Below are positions 12,009 through 22,742 of a stretch of DNA of 64,000 nt, one piece after another. The translations under genes and the position numbers were made by a program. The stretch lies in assembly GCA_963765605.1 (NCBI GenBank), contig CAVXXA010000006.1:27495-91494 (forward strand), in the 5' to 3' direction. The notes beneath the pieces were generated by a model. It did no database searches. It was not told where the DNA came from and was given only the letters and a program-made list of their open reading frames with translations. Position 1 is the stretch's first letter; each line of letters begins with the position of its first letter. Source of the stretch: Candidatus Bathyarchaeota archaeon (GTDB taxonomy: Archaea; Thermoproteota; Bathyarchaeia; Bathyarchaeales; Bathycorpusculaceae).

Positions 12009-13010
12009 TTATTTCCTGAAAAGATTATTTTGTAGTTTGAGCTTGAAACCTCTGAACAAACCATAGTAGAAGCCAGACAATCTAGCCAAAGAAAACACGA
12101 TAGCCAATGGAAAGTAGATAATTCGCCGACTATACGTGTGTGTTCGGATTATAGTAAACAAAATGTAACCCAATAACAAAAAAACAAAAGAAAGAGCAAA
12201 AATCTTTATTGAGATAAACAACATAGCAACCAGAACTATGCAAATAAAATTTATTATGTAAAAAGAAGCGAAAAGCGATTCATGCCTTGCATATTTTAGA
12301 GTTTTCCAACATAAGAAAAACGATGCCATATTTGAGCTATTCCAAAAAGTATGATTCAACCCTTGCCTGTGATGCCAAACTGAGATTCTGGGATCAAAAC
12401 GGATATTATACCCATTTTCAGCTAAACGAATATGAAACTCCCAATCTTCTCCTGACCTGAGCGTCTCATTTAGGCGACCGATTTTATCAAAGATTATTTT
12501 TCGGTAGGCAACGTTGCAACCTGCAACCTTTCCTACAGCCGACCGATCATGGATAACTTCTTCGCCCAAATGTGATTCTAAAAATGACCCCTCAACAAAT
12601 CTTAACGGGTTTCGTTCGCTTTCTTCAGGGGGAGTTAGATGCGCTCCGCCTAAGCAAATCAAAGACTGATGCTCCTGAAATGTAGAATATATTTTACTCA
12701 GCCAATCATCGGGGGCTTCGGCATCATCATCTATGAAAACAACAATGTCGCCCTTTGCATATTTCACGCCCAAGTTTCTCGCTGCGCCCAATGTCTTCCC
12801 GTTTTCTTTCAAAGTAAAAATGTTGCAATCTTCAAAGAGTTTACTGAGCCTAGCAGGGTAGAATGAATACACCACTATTACTTCAAACTGTTGAAATATC
12901 TGATGTTGTAGTGATTTAATACATCTTTCCAACAGCAGGGGTTTATTGCCTTTAGTAGCTAAAATAATACTCAATAAAGGCTTAGCGGTTGTGTCAATTG
13001 CTTCAAACAT
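12009..13010 (-). CDS. GT2 family glycosyltransferase with C-terminal TM helices
   Basis: GAARNLG, VFIDDDA, AGCNVAYR, GEDWEF. Confidence 0.92.
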   Translation of the reverse strand: MFEAIDTTAKPLLSIILATKGNKPLLLERCIKSLQHQIFQQFEVIVVYSFYPARLSKLFEDCNIFTLKENGKTLGAARNLGVKYAKGDIVVFIDDDAEAPDDWLSKIYSTFQEHQSLICLGGAHLTPPEESERNPLRFVEGSFLESHLGEEVIHDRSAVGKVAGCNVAYRKIIFDKIGRLNETLRSGEDWEFHIRLAENGYNIRFDPRISVWHHRQGLNHTFWNSSNMASFFLCWKTLKYARHESLFASFYIINFICIVLVAMLFISIKIFALSFVFLLLGYILFTIIRTHTYSRRIIYFPLAIVFSLARLSGFYYGLFRGFKLKLQNNLFRK

Positions 13011-13082
13011 CTAAGATCCACGATGAGCTTTTTTTCGTGAACGCTACTGATCTCATGCTAAAAATGACTTGAAATGATCTTT

Positions 13083-13682
13083 CTATTCAGTAAGGTTTTT
13101 TATGAAAGAGGCAGGATTGCCGCCAAATAACTGGTTAGAAGGAACACTTTTGGTGACCACGGAACCTGCTGCTATGATTGAATTGTCTCCAATATTAACG
13201 CCTTTCAAGATTATTGATTGCCTGCCTACCCAAACGTTGCTGCCAATTATTATTGGACGAGAGGGAACTTCGTTGCACCGACGTTTAACTGGATCAATCG
13301 AAATGTTATGACAATCATGATCCGAAATTATGACGCCGTGACCAAACATGCAGTTATCGCCAATAACTATTTCACTTCTTGCGTATATCATTGTTCCATT
13401 TAACCAACAGTCGTTTCCTATCGTGATCGAAGAAGAGTCCGTATACGTTATCAGACCAGTTCTGTAAGATTCTCCATCAGGATTGGATTGTAAACAAACA
13501 TTGTTTCCCAGTTTAATTTTTCCCACATTCTTTATTACACACTGGTTGCCTGTTAGATTTTTCCCGCAATTAATGCCAATCATTTGAACGTACAGTCGAA
13601 GCAATAAAGTTGAAAACCGCCATTGGACATAACGTTTGTAAGCAATGGCCCATTTCAAGAATGAATTTCTCATTTCTTTCAA
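13083..13682 (-). CDS. Hexapeptide-repeat sugar O-acyltransferase (maltose/galactoside acetyltransferase-like)
   Basis: [32 protein letters not shown]...GGNPA. Confidence 0.9.
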   Translation of the reverse strand: MKEMRNSFLKWAIAYKRYVQWRFSTLLLRLYVQMIGINCGKNLTGNQCVIKNVGKIKLGNNVCLQSNPDGESYRTGLITYTDSSSITIGNDCWLNGTMIYARSEIVIGDNCMFGHGVIISDHDCHNISIDPVKRRCNEVPSRPIIIGSNVWVGRQSIILKGVNIGDNSIIAAGSVVTKSVPSNQLFGGNPASFIKNLTE

Positions 13683-13732
13683 CCAATTGTTACTTTGTTG
13701 AATCTGAGAGACAGGACTGGGCTAATGCGAAT

Positions 13733-14338
13733 TTAGGATCCAGTATGCGTGCCAAATTTTTCAATGAAATTAGTAATATCTCCATAAATGAAATCGAGAT
13801 TTTCAATAATTTTCTTTTCATCCCAATTCCACCAAGCAATTTTTAGTAATTTATTTATTTGTTCTTGATTATATCTATAATTAATGACTTTAGCTGGATT
13901 TCCAGCTACAATAGCGTAAGGTTCTACGTCGTGAGTCACTACTGAACCAGAACCTATTACGGCTCCATCTCCAACTTGGACTCCTGGATTAATTATTGCT
14001 CGTGCTCCTATCCAAACATCGTTGCCGATAGTGATAATTCCATCATTTTTTCTACTCGGATGCTCATATTCAGGTTTCCAACAATTTTTTTTTAACAAAT
14101 TGAAGGGATATGTTGAAACATAAAAATTCCTATATTCTTTGGAAAGTAAATGACCCATCCCAGGAATCAAAATTACATCTGTACTAATCGAACAATAATC
14201 GCCTATGGTGACCTTGTTATTTTTCCAAACTGATTGTATAAGGGGACTTCCATAAGTATGCTTTCCTATTGTCACTTTTCCTTTTGGAAGACTGCCCACA
14301 TGAAGTAAATTTGCAAAAATAAATTTGAGACGAAGCAA
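13733..14338 (-). CDS. CatB/Vat-related O-acetyltransferase
   Basis: IGKHTYG, STYPF, IGNDVWIG, AGNPAKVINYRY, IAWWNWD. Confidence 0.9.
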   Translation of the reverse strand: MLRLKFIFANLLHVGSLPKGKVTIGKHTYGSPLIQSVWKNNKVTIGDYCSISTDVILIPGMGHLLSKEYRNFYVSTYPFNLLKKNCWKPEYEHPSRKNDGIITIGNDVWIGARAIINPGVQVGDGAVIGSGSVVTHDVEPYAIVAGNPAKVINYRYNQEQINKLLKIAWWNWDEKKIIENLDFIYGDITNFIEKFGTHTGS

Positions 14339-14403
14339 AACAAATCACAATCGAGACATATTTGATACGTTTTTTGTGTCAACGTGGCTTGTTATCTGAT
14401 GAC

Positions 14404-15618
14404 TTAGTTCAAGCCCCGAATTAGTTCAAGGTACTTGTCGACATATGCTTTAGGCGAAAAATTCTCCTCGTAAACTTTCTTAACTTTCTTCGTAGAAAAC
14501 TCGCTTCGGGAAAATGCTAATAGAAGATCTTTTAGCCCACTTGTGTCATCAAAAATAAGCTTTTTGTCTACTTTTTCTATTATCTCAGGTAACCCACCTT
14601 GATTTGACGAAATAACAGGTGTTCCAACAGAAAGAGCCTCTAAAGCAACTAAAGGGGCATTTTCTGGCCAAATGGAAGGAATTATTACCGCTGAAGCATC
14701 TGAGTACAAAGAGTATTTTGTCGGGTCGTCAACGAAGCCTAAAAAAGAAATTAAGTTGTTTAGCGAATTCTTCTGAATGTACTCGCGGACATATGGACTA
14801 AGGCTCCCTCCACCCGCAATAATTAACTTCGTTTTGAGGTTATATCTTTGTTCATTAAACAGTTTTAGAAGATTTAGAATGCCTTTGTGTTTTTCTATCA
14901 CACCTAGAAAAAGAAAATAATTCTCGTAACCTGAAGAGGCGATATTTTCAGGTGGATATGGCACGAAATTAGGCAAAGTGACGGCGGGCACATTTATCTC
15001 TTGAACCAGCCGCCTTCGAACATACTCACTGGGCGATATCAGAAGATCGATGTTCTTTGTGGCCATCTTGAAGCTTCGACGTGAACGCCAGATTTGAGGA
15101 ATTCTTCTAGATTTGAGAGAACATGAAGAACAATTCTTTACAGCACAAGTCTCTTCTTGATTCTTGAAGAGATTACTAGTTGGACAGACCAGCCAGTAAT
15201 CATGAGCTGTGTACAAAGAAAGATAATCCGCTCTTTTCCTGAGAAGATCATATCCCAAAAGAGAAATATTATGATGATGAACTATGTCCGGATGAATCGC
15301 TTTTACGGCTTCCGAAAACTTTCTTCCAATCCATAAAGAATTGCCAAAAGCATAAGTTATTAACGGATCCAGAGTTCGTAGTGGTGATTTGATGGTGTTA
15401 ATAAAAAGGTTCTTTTGCTTCTCGGTTTGTTTGATAATTAATTTCTTGTTCCTCTTTATTTTATAAGCATCTAAACTGTGAATTACGTTTACTTCGTGGC
15501 CTTTTTTTATCAGTTCCTCTGCCAGATATTCAACGTGGGTGGCATCTCCACCGATGTGGTATGGGGGATAAAACGTTGTTGTAAATACAAACCGCAAGCT
15601 TTCCATTAAACCCCTCAA
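14404..15618 (-). CDS. GT4 family glycosyltransferase with Cys-rich loop
   Basis: YPPYHIGG, TAHDYWLVCP..C...C..C, PSIWPENAPLVALEA. Confidence 0.92.
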   Translation of the reverse strand: MRGLMESLRFVFTTTFYPPYHIGGDATHVEYLAEELIKKGHEVNVIHSLDAYKIKRNKKLIIKQTEKQKNLFINTIKSPLRTLDPLITYAFGNSLWIGRKFSEAVKAIHPDIVHHHNISLLGYDLLRKRADYLSLYTAHDYWLVCPTSNLFKNQEETCAVKNCSSCSLKSRRIPQIWRSRRSFKMATKNIDLLISPSEYVRRRLVQEINVPAVTLPNFVPYPPENIASSGYENYFLFLGVIEKHKGILNLLKLFNEQRYNLKTKLIIAGGGSLSPYVREYIQKNSLNNLISFLGFVDDPTKYSLYSDASAVIIPSIWPENAPLVALEALSVGTPVISSNQGGLPEIIEKVDKKLIFDDTSGLKDLLLAFSRSEFSTKKVKKVYEENFSPKAYVDKYLELIRGLN

Positions 15619-15692
15619 GCTACTCTCAAAAATAACCAGAATACTAATTTGAGCGCTTTAATCATTCAACAAAAATAATCTTTTAAAAAAAA

Positions 15693-16796
15693 TTATTGTT
15701 TATCTGTAAGTGAAGAATAAATTTTTTCGAGTAGATTTGTAACCATTTCCCAATCGTAATTTTCTCGAACACGGCTGATCGCTTTTTCTTGAATTTGGTT
15801 AACTAAGTCGGGGTTTGTAAGTAGAAATTGAAGCTTTTCTTTAAGATCCTCTGAATCTGCATGTCGGAACGAAAAACCAGCGTCGCCGATGGTTTCCAGA
15901 TTTTCTGGGATGTCACTCACTAATACGCATCGACCTAATGCCATGGCTGTGAGCAAGGCAGGTGATGTACCCTCAAGATTAGAAGGCGTCACGTAAAGAT
16001 ATGCGCCTTTACAGATGTTTTCATAATCTTTTCCATATACATACCCCAAAAACTTGGTGTTTTTGTTAGCTTTTTTCCTTAGAATTCGCTCGTATTCCTT
16101 ACTGTATGGGTCTCCGCCGATAATGACTAATTCAAAATCTGTTTTAAGGCGCTTGAAGGCGTCGATTAAGTAATGAACCCCTTTTTCGTAAACCAGCCTT
16201 CCAACAAAAAGTATGTATTTCTTGTTTTGAAGGGCATTCTTTTCGAGAATCAGTTCATCAGGTTCTGATAGATCAACATTGGCGCCATAAGGAATATAGA
16301 TAGGAGATTTTCGAAAACTCTTAAAATACCACTCTTGCACAAACCTTGAATCGACGATTGTTGCATGGGGCAAATATAACGCGAAACGAGTTGTGGAACT
16401 TAAAATTTTTCGAACCCACATCGGATAGCTCGTTCTTTTCCAAACTAGTCCATCAAGAGTAAGAACAGTTTTCGAGGAAACTAACCGTGGCAAAACTACG
16501 AAAGGCCACGCATCAGAACCATAAAAATGAACGACGTCAACGTTATCGTGCAATGCGTTAACCGTAGAAACAAATTCACGGAAAGGAAAATCCAAAAATT
16601 TATTTTTTAGACAGCGCACGTATTTCAACTTGATATTTTTATATGATTTCAGCTCTGTTTTTGGGCCCCTGTACCCACAATATACGGTTATTTCATGCCC
16701 TTTTTTGGCGAGTCTAGTGGCAACCTCCTCTACGCAAGTTTCAAACCCACCGTACCTTGCGGGGATGCCCATGGTTCCTACGTAAGCAATTTTCAT
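15693..16796 (-). CDS. GT4 glycosyltransferase (DUF1972/rhamnosyltransferase-like)
   Basis: GTMGIPARYGGFET, DGLVWKR, IPYGA, EGTSPALLTAMA. Confidence 0.9.
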   Translation of the reverse strand: MKIAYVGTMGIPARYGGFETCVEEVATRLAKKGHEITVYCGYRGPKTELKSYKNIKLKYVRCLKNKFLDFPFREFVSTVNALHDNVDVVHFYGSDAWPFVVLPRLVSSKTVLTLDGLVWKRTSYPMWVRKILSSTTRFALYLPHATIVDSRFVQEWYFKSFRKSPIYIPYGANVDLSEPDELILEKNALQNKKYILFVGRLVYEKGVHYLIDAFKRLKTDFELVIIGGDPYSKEYERILRKKANKNTKFLGYVYGKDYENICKGAYLYVTPSNLEGTSPALLTAMALGRCVLVSDIPENLETIGDAGFSFRHADSEDLKEKLQFLLTNPDLVNQIQEKAISRVRENYDWEMVTNLLEKIYSSLTDKQ

Positions 16797-16929
16797 ACAA
16801 TTAACCAGTCGAAATTTTAAATTGGCGATGTGTTGAGGGAGGATTTTGTGTGCAGCCGTGAAGAAAAGTTGAAATATGTTTATTGATTGATGAAAAAAGA
16901 AGATTTTTGTGTCGAAAACTCTGATGCAT

Positions 16930-17895
16930 TTAAGTCAAAAGACTGGGAGTGCGGTTTTCCACCTCAATTTGGACTGGACTCCTGTATCGGTCATTATTCT
17001 TCATACTCACGACACCTTGTTTCCAATATTTGTCGATGTATTCTTTCAATGCTATTTCCCAATGCCTAGTCGAATCCATCCCAAGCAATTCAAGCTTATA
17101 GTTTCTGGACATTTCAGATCTAGCTCTTGCTGCCGATAATGGAAAATAGGCTGAGTTAACAGGGTCCACAGTAACACCCTTTCTTCCCATAAACTCAACA
17201 ATCTTCCTAGCTACATCAAACCTTGACCCGGAACCCTTGTTTGTGCAATGGTAGAGTCCGTAGAAACCAGAATCGACCAAATCGGCTAAGCATCTAGAAA
17301 AGTCATGGGTATACGTGGGGCTACCGATTTTATCAGTGACTGCCTTAAGCCTCTGTGTTTTATTTATTTGCCTGATGATTTTTCCTACGAATTTTTTGTC
17401 CTTCTTTGGCCCGCCCCCAACCATCCAACCCGCGCGAATAATGTAGGCTTTTTTCAAGAGAGACTGAACAATTTTCTCGCCTTCAAGTTTGCTTTTGCCA
17501 TAAACGTTTATTGGATTTGGGTCATCAAACTCGGTGTATGGTTCGGATTTGTCTCCATAGAAGACACCTATGGTACTTATGTATACCATTTCAATGTTCT
17601 GTTTTTGACAGACTAGGGCAACATTTTGAGTCCCTATGGTATTTGTGAAAAATGCGTGGTCAGGTTCGACTTCACATTTGTCAACATCTGTTTCAGCTGC
17701 TAAATGCATTATAATGTCAGGTTTAACTTTGTCGACAATTTCTTTTATTTGATTGTAGTTTCGTACGTCCAGTTGTGTACTTCCTTCATTTGATGGAAAA
17801 AGATCGGTGGCTAATACAATATATCCTCGCTTCGCTAGCGTAGGGCACAATGCGCTACCAAGCATACCATCGGCTCCGGTTACTAATGTTTTCAT
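16930..17895 (-). CDS. rmlD: dTDP-4-dehydrorhamnose reductase family SDR
   Basis: TGADGMLG, HLAAETDVDKCE, NPINVYGKSKLEGE, GSPTY. Confidence 0.9.
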   Translation of the reverse strand: MKTLVTGADGMLGSALCPTLAKRGYIVLATDLFPSNEGSTQLDVRNYNQIKEIVDKVKPDIIMHLAAETDVDKCEVEPDHAFFTNTIGTQNVALVCQKQNIEMVYISTIGVFYGDKSEPYTEFDDPNPINVYGKSKLEGEKIVQSLLKKAYIIRAGWMVGGGPKKDKKFVGKIIRQINKTQRLKAVTDKIGSPTYTHDFSRCLADLVDSGFYGLYHCTNKGSGSRFDVARKIVEFMGRKGVTVDPVNSAYFPLSAARARSEMSRNYKLELLGMDSTRHWEIALKEYIDKYWKQGVVSMKNNDRYRSPVQIEVENRTPSLLT

Positions 17896-18034
17896 TTTGC
17901 ATCACCATAAAATTGGTTTTTTTGCTTTATCTCCGAAGGTTGAATTAAACCGAAGGGAAAAATATCGACATGACTTATCACCAAAATTCCAAAATATTAA
18001 GGAGATGACTGGTTCGGTTAAGTTTCCAAGTATT

Positions 18035-18223
18035 TTAAAGTTTCAAGGCTTTGGCTGTTTCTACGCCGACTTGGCTGCCTCTAAAAGAAGCAAGGTGGAC
18101 GGTTGATTCGTAGGCTAAATACCTCTTTTCTTTTTGGGAAATGTGGCATCGCAGAGCTTCTCGTTTTTTAGCAACACAGCCTGTTACGTTTACAAAACAA
18201 GTTGGCAAGAAAGCTGCCTGCAT
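18035..18223 (-). pseudogene. C-terminal remnant of a PIG-L/LmbE family deacetylase
   Basis: FLPTCFVNVT..KKREALRCHISQ...ASFRGSQVGVETA matches the PIG-L C-terminus; no catalytic N-terminal HxDD part found upstream. Confidence 0.6.
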
Positions 18224-18532
18224 ACCGTTTTGATCACCAGTATTTATTTCAAAATTTAAAGAGATTATTATTTAATCGATTCAAATAGAAGTAAATAATT
18301 AATTTGTTCAACAAAAGAGCTCTTAAAATGCAAGTTTTCATAGAAAATCTGAAGACCAAAAAGGTGGCAGAGTTCATTCGCCCTCAGGCCTATTATCTTA
18401 AATTTAATAAAGGAAATAAGCATAGAATCAAATTATTTTCTTAAATTAAGAAATAACTCGATGCAGATTCAATGTACCTTTGTCACTGTTAGACAAAGCT
18501 TTTCCTGAAAATCTAGAACACACCGCATGGAT

Positions 18533-19294
18533 CTATTGTTTTATTAGTGGCACATTTGCCCAGAGAGGAACTGTTTTGTCTTCTACAAACGTTGCCACAT
18601 TCAGAACCTTGACAATCTCATCATTCTTAACAACAAGCGGCAAGCTCAAGTCATTTACATGTTTGAGAATAAAATCGAGATCCCTAATTTGACCACTTTT
18701 TCTAAGATATTCCGCGCTTTTTCCTTCGGCGCAAACAGTCACGGGCTTATCCCTCCATTCGTTTACAAGTTCAAGTGTTTTGTCGTCTTTGCAGGAATAC
18801 CCGGCTTTCATGAGGCCAGATGCAATCCAAGAGCAACACAACTTATCCTCCTCACGGAATTCACCGAGCGTGGGTGCACAAAGGATTTCTATATAATCAT
18901 ATAATCCAGCAAGATGATCAACAGTTGCACCGTAATTTCGTAGGCATGCCACATAAACTGAACTGCAATCCCTCAACGAGTAAAGTAAAGGCATTCCAGA
19001 AGAAGAAACTACGATTGCAGAACGATCAATATCCTGGCGCTTTTCAATTTCTACTGGACTATTATTAATGTCAAAGCCGAAAGGCATTTTGCCTCCTACC
19101 TCGCCAACAAGCAAGGACCGGTCAAGCCGTTTTGCAAGCGCAAATGCGGCTTCAACTGATGGCGCAAAAAAGCATCTTCGCGCAGATTCGATGGCGGTGG
19201 CTGCCACTGTCATTGAACGGATTACGTCAATAACGACAACAGCAGATTTTTTATCATAAGTTTTTGAGCTTTCAGCTAGACAGTCGATAGCCAC
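18533..19294 (-). CDS. comB: 2-phosphosulfolactate phosphatase
   Basis: VVIDVIRS, GEVGG..PFGFDINNSP, CLRN, ED.LC. Confidence 0.88.
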   Translation of the reverse strand: MAIDCLAESSKTYDKKSAVVVIDVIRSMTVAATAIESARRCFFAPSVEAAFALAKRLDRSLLVGEVGGKMPFGFDINNSPVEIEKRQDIDRSAIVVSSSGMPLLYSLRDCSSVYVACLRNYGATVDHLAGLYDYIEILCAPTLGEFREEDKLCCSWIASGLMKAGYSCKDDKTLELVNEWRDKPVTVCAEGKSAEYLRKSGQIRDLDFILKHVNDLSLPLVVKNDEIVKVLNVATFVEDKTVPLWANVPLIKQ

Positions 19295-20157
19295 TAATTT
19301 TTTGTCCAGAAAACTTGGGCCTCCTTACACAAATTTTGTTCTAACGGGAGTCGCGGACGCAGAATATCTTTGTTAAAAGCATCTGAATGCAAGCCGCGAC
19401 GATAAATCTCCACTCGCAACAACTCTTCAAGTCTAACGTTGCAAAGATGGACTTCTCTACCGAAGTGATCTAACAATGCGAATTGACTAGGTTTGTTAGG
19501 CGCCTCAAACGTAACGGTGCCATGGCCAAATGCGTCGGCGAACCGATCAGCAAATCCAACATTAAGATTGCCTTCGTCATCAAACAGTCCAACGCCCTTG
19601 GCGCTTTCTCGTGCCTCAACAACCAGTTGAACAGCTCCAGCATCCAGCCATCTTCTTCCTTGACTAATTAACTCTTCAACAATATCTTTAGTAAAAGCTC
19701 CAATGTGTTTTTTTCCAAGCTCAAACTGTACCTCTAGACCGCGAGAATTTGCAGTCTCCACAATCTTTCGCGCATCTAAATTTATGTCAGTGAACCCTTC
19801 CCCGCATTCTATCCGACTAAACCCAAAATCAGCTACTAGATCAAGATATTGATGCAGTTTACCCTGCACAAAAGCAACTTCAAATGGACCGCCGCCTGTG
19901 GTAGTGGATACTCGGTATTTCTTCGCAATCGCAATCTTTTGACGCGAAACATCCTCATTTGCAATCATCCAACATGCCATTGAAATTTTCAAAATTGAAA
20001 TAAGGTGATGACTTTGTTTAAGATGACTTGAGAATGTCGCAAGATCGTATCCTGGATCAAACGGGCTCGTCGCTGGACTGATTTCTGGAACACCGATTGA
20101 TCTGAGATATTCGTTGGTATGAAGTCGATTTTTCAAAGAGCCAGGAGGACTATTCAT
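19294..20157 (-). CDS. comA: Phosphosulfolactate synthase
   Basis: DPGY, TGGGPFE, IECGEGF, ELGKK, VVEARES, FEAP, LCNV, EIYRRGL; stop overlaps the comB start. Confidence 0.88.
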   Translation of the reverse strand: MNSPPGSLKNRLHTNEYLRSIGVPEISPATSPFDPGYDLATFSSHLKQSHHLISILKISMACWMIANEDVSRQKIAIAKKYRVSTTTGGGPFEVAFVQGKLHQYLDLVADFGFSRIECGEGFTDINLDARKIVETANSRGLEVQFELGKKHIGAFTKDIVEELISQGRRWLDAGAVQLVVEARESAKGVGLFDDEGNLNVGFADRFADAFGHGTVTFEAPNKPSQFALLDHFGREVHLCNVRLEELLRVEIYRRGLHSDAFNKDILRPRLPLEQNLCKEAQVFWTKN

Positions 20158-20341
20158 GTTTTCACTCTATCTTTCAAAAATCATGTTTGTTGTTTTTTCT
20201 AGTTTTCAAACAAATTTACAATAGAAAAAATTAAAACAGCAAGCGACAAAGCTTTCGTTTCCAAGATTCATTGAGGCTGGAAAGAGATTTGTAAAGAAAA
20301 ATTTAAGTGTTCTTTCAATTTGTTCACGAAATTAGTTTTAC

Positions 20342-21199
20342 TTATCTTCTTTTTTGGGATAGAACAAGGTATTGTGATCCAGTTGAACGTAAAATTGGAT
20401 ATCCGCTGTCAGCGTATTCTTGTAGCTTCAGTTGAATTTTGATTCCTATCCGATCAGGGAACAAGCGATAACTAAAAAAGGTGAATGGCCCGAATCCTAT
20501 ACTTTTGCTCTTTAATACGTTTAGACCTGCCACCCGCAAAGCTTGATTGAATTCTTTTATTGAGTGTTGTCTGTAAGGTGGAGCATTGATCCAGGAACCC
20601 CAGTAAGTGATTAATCCTGCTCTTTCGAGTTTATGCCTCCCCCATCTTCTGATGTTTGTGATGGCAGGGAAAGTAAAAGGATCAAGTAATGTTGTCGCTC
20701 GTAAAACGTTATCCATTGTCAAAATAACGTATCCGTAAGGTCTTAGAACCCTGACGATTTCGCACAAAGCTTTTTTAAAATCATGCAGCCAAGGCATTAC
20801 ACCTAAAGCAACAATCAAATCAAACGATTGGTCTCTGTAAGATAATTTGTGTGCGTCTCCTACAGTTGCATTGATTAGATTTCCAATGCCTCTTAGCCTT
20901 ACAAGTTCAAGGGTTAAATCAATCATCGTTTGAGAATGATCTATAGCTTCTACGGCAAAACCTCGGTTTGCAAGAGCCGCCGTCATGAAACCGGCTCCGC
21001 AGCCTACTTCAAGAACATTGACAGTTCTTGGAAGCGATAATCCATCGATATAACCTAAGGCCGCAGCTTGGCGCCGTTGATATATAATTCCATTGAGGTC
21101 GCTCTCTTTGTAAGTATCCCGCCAGTAAGTTGCATTTTTATCAAAAAGGTCATCTATACTCTTTTGGAGATTATTGTTTTGTACTTTTTGCGTAAACAA
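20342..21199 (-). CDS. Class I SAM-dependent methyltransferase
   Basis: VLEVGCGAG, GDAHKL, SFDLIV, RVLRPYG. Confidence 0.9.
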   Translation of the reverse strand: MFTQKVQNNNLQKSIDDLFDKNATYWRDTYKESDLNGIIYQRRQAAALGYIDGLSLPRTVNVLEVGCGAGFMTAALANRGFAVEAIDHSQTMIDLTLELVRLRGIGNLINATVGDAHKLSYRDQSFDLIVALGVMPWLHDFKKALCEIVRVLRPYGYVILTMDNVLRATTLLDPFTFPAITNIRRWGRHKLERAGLITYWGSWINAPPYRQHSIKEFNQALRVAGLNVLKSKSIGFGPFTFFSYRLFPDRIGIKIQLKLQEYADSGYPILRSTGSQYLVLSQKRR

Positions 21200-21506
21200 T
21201 TGTAAACAACCTGTTCTGTTTAAGCAATTTCATTAGTTGAAGCAAGTTAAATTAGAAGAGATAGATCCTTTCAAATTTGACCACAAAATAAGAAAAAATG
21301 GGTCTGCTGCAATGAATATTCATTTATTGGCTAGAGAAACCTAACCAAAAAAGATGAATCCGGTTAATTTTTTTTGTAAAATACCATGTCTCAAAAAATG
21401 TCGATAATCCTTAAAAGTGAAACCCAACCTATAAATCCTAAATCATGATTATAGACACGTTAGTTAAAAATAAAGGTGATGAAATTCTACACAATTTCAT
21501 ATAACT

Positions 21507-22058
21507 TTATTTTGTCATATTCAAAGCGAGGCTCACATACCTATTGTTATACTGAATAGTGCCCAATGTTGAATTGTAAATCGAGAGTTCTACAAAAAGA
21601 TTGTAATAAAAGCCTGTTTGTTTAGCATTCCAAGTTGATGCGGTACTGACAGGATAGTTTATTCCGTTAATGGTTATTCCAGAAAGCTGACATTCACCAT
21701 TAGTAAAGGCTAAATTGTTGACCTGGAATGTTAGGGGTGCCTCCCATGTTGCTCCATTGCTGATAAAAAACTTGTATTCGTACAAAGCAGGCAGAGAACT
21801 GGCTGTTCCAAGCGTTGAATCGGGAAGAATCGCAGTCTCGTTTCCAAGTTTGATAACACAAGTATAGTATTCGGATGATCCCATCTCATTATCTACTCCC
21901 AAATAAACGGAATACGTTACACCGGACTTAATGTTGAATGGAATGTTGCTAAAGGTATAGCTTGACCCGAGAAGATAGATTACTGAAAACTGCTCACTAG
22001 CTGGTGGGGTTACAAAGAGAGCAATGGACGGAGAAGCGAACAGCAAAACGCCAATCAA
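21507..22058 (-). CDS. DUF1616-like membrane-anchored protein
   Basis: N-term TM, EQFSVIYLLG, VYLGVDNEMG, LFVELSIYN. Confidence 0.6.
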   Translation of the reverse strand: MIGVLLFASPSIALFVTPPASEQFSVIYLLGSSYTFSNIPFNIKSGVTYSVYLGVDNEMGSSEYYTCVIKLGNETAILPDSTLGTASSLPALYEYKFFISNGATWEAPLTFQVNNLAFTNGECQLSGITINGINYPVSTASTWNAKQTGFYYNLFVELSIYNSTLGTIQYNNRYVSLALNMTK

Positions 22059-22089
22059 GGCAAAACTTAAAAAAATCGCTTTATAGTTT

Positions 22090-22587
22090 TTAAGCTCCGT
22101 TGTTAACCACCTTTGGCTTTAGTGCAAGTAGTCTTTTGTTATAACCGCGCTTAAATCGGCGCCAACCAACCAAAAAAATGACGACGTAAATTAAGGGGGA
22201 GGCAATAGAAAATATGATGGTAAACAAAAAACGGTTGTGCGATTGGCTTATACTTACATTTTGTAAGGTAAGGGCATCACTATTGACTTGGTTTGCTATT
22301 GAACGAGCATTGTCGGCGTTCGAAGAAACCCCATTTGTATCTCCGCTTTGATAAGCATTATTAGCCTCTGATAAAAGCTCTACTGCGTTGTTGAGGTTTG
22401 TTAATAATTGAGTGACATTGCCTCCTGTTTTTTCTGCAGCTAAAACATTTTTGAAAGCCTGGTTAATAGCAGAATCGGCTGCTTGAATGCTAGCACTATC
22501 GCTGCTTGCAGCAAACGCCATCTTAAAACTTGGAATTATAGTTACAATAATAAGTATACCAACTACTAATAACATCCGTTTATCCAA
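22090..22587 (-). CDS. Secreted/membrane hypothetical protein
   Basis: Signal-like N-term, helical Ala/Asn-rich middle, C-terminal TM plus basic tail. Confidence 0.7.
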   Translation of the reverse strand: MDKRMLLVVGILIIVTIIPSFKMAFAASSDSASIQAADSAINQAFKNVLAAEKTGGNVTQLLTNLNNAVELLSEANNAYQSGDTNGVSSNADNARSIANQVNSDALTLQNVSISQSHNRFLFTIIFSIASPLIYVVIFLVGWRRFKRGYNKRLLALKPKVVNNGA

Positions 22588-22742
22588 GAAGTTGCCTCTT
22601 TTAAGATCTTAGTTTCCGTTTTAGAGATTTTATTAAACTATTTACCATAAATTATATGACTGGGCAAGATGCTTTGATAACAACAATAATTTAAAAAAAT
22701 ATTTTTGATAAATTATTTTCTGAAATTTTTCTTATCAGTATT

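Noticed and set aside
13733-14338. CatB/Vat-like gene as an antibiotic resistance determinant
   Set aside because: Its position among glycosyltransferases favours sugar O-acetylation.
18533-20157. comAB as evidence of methanogenesis or alkane metabolism
   Set aside because: No comC/comDE or mcr genes in the window; comAB alone does not establish CoM synthesis.
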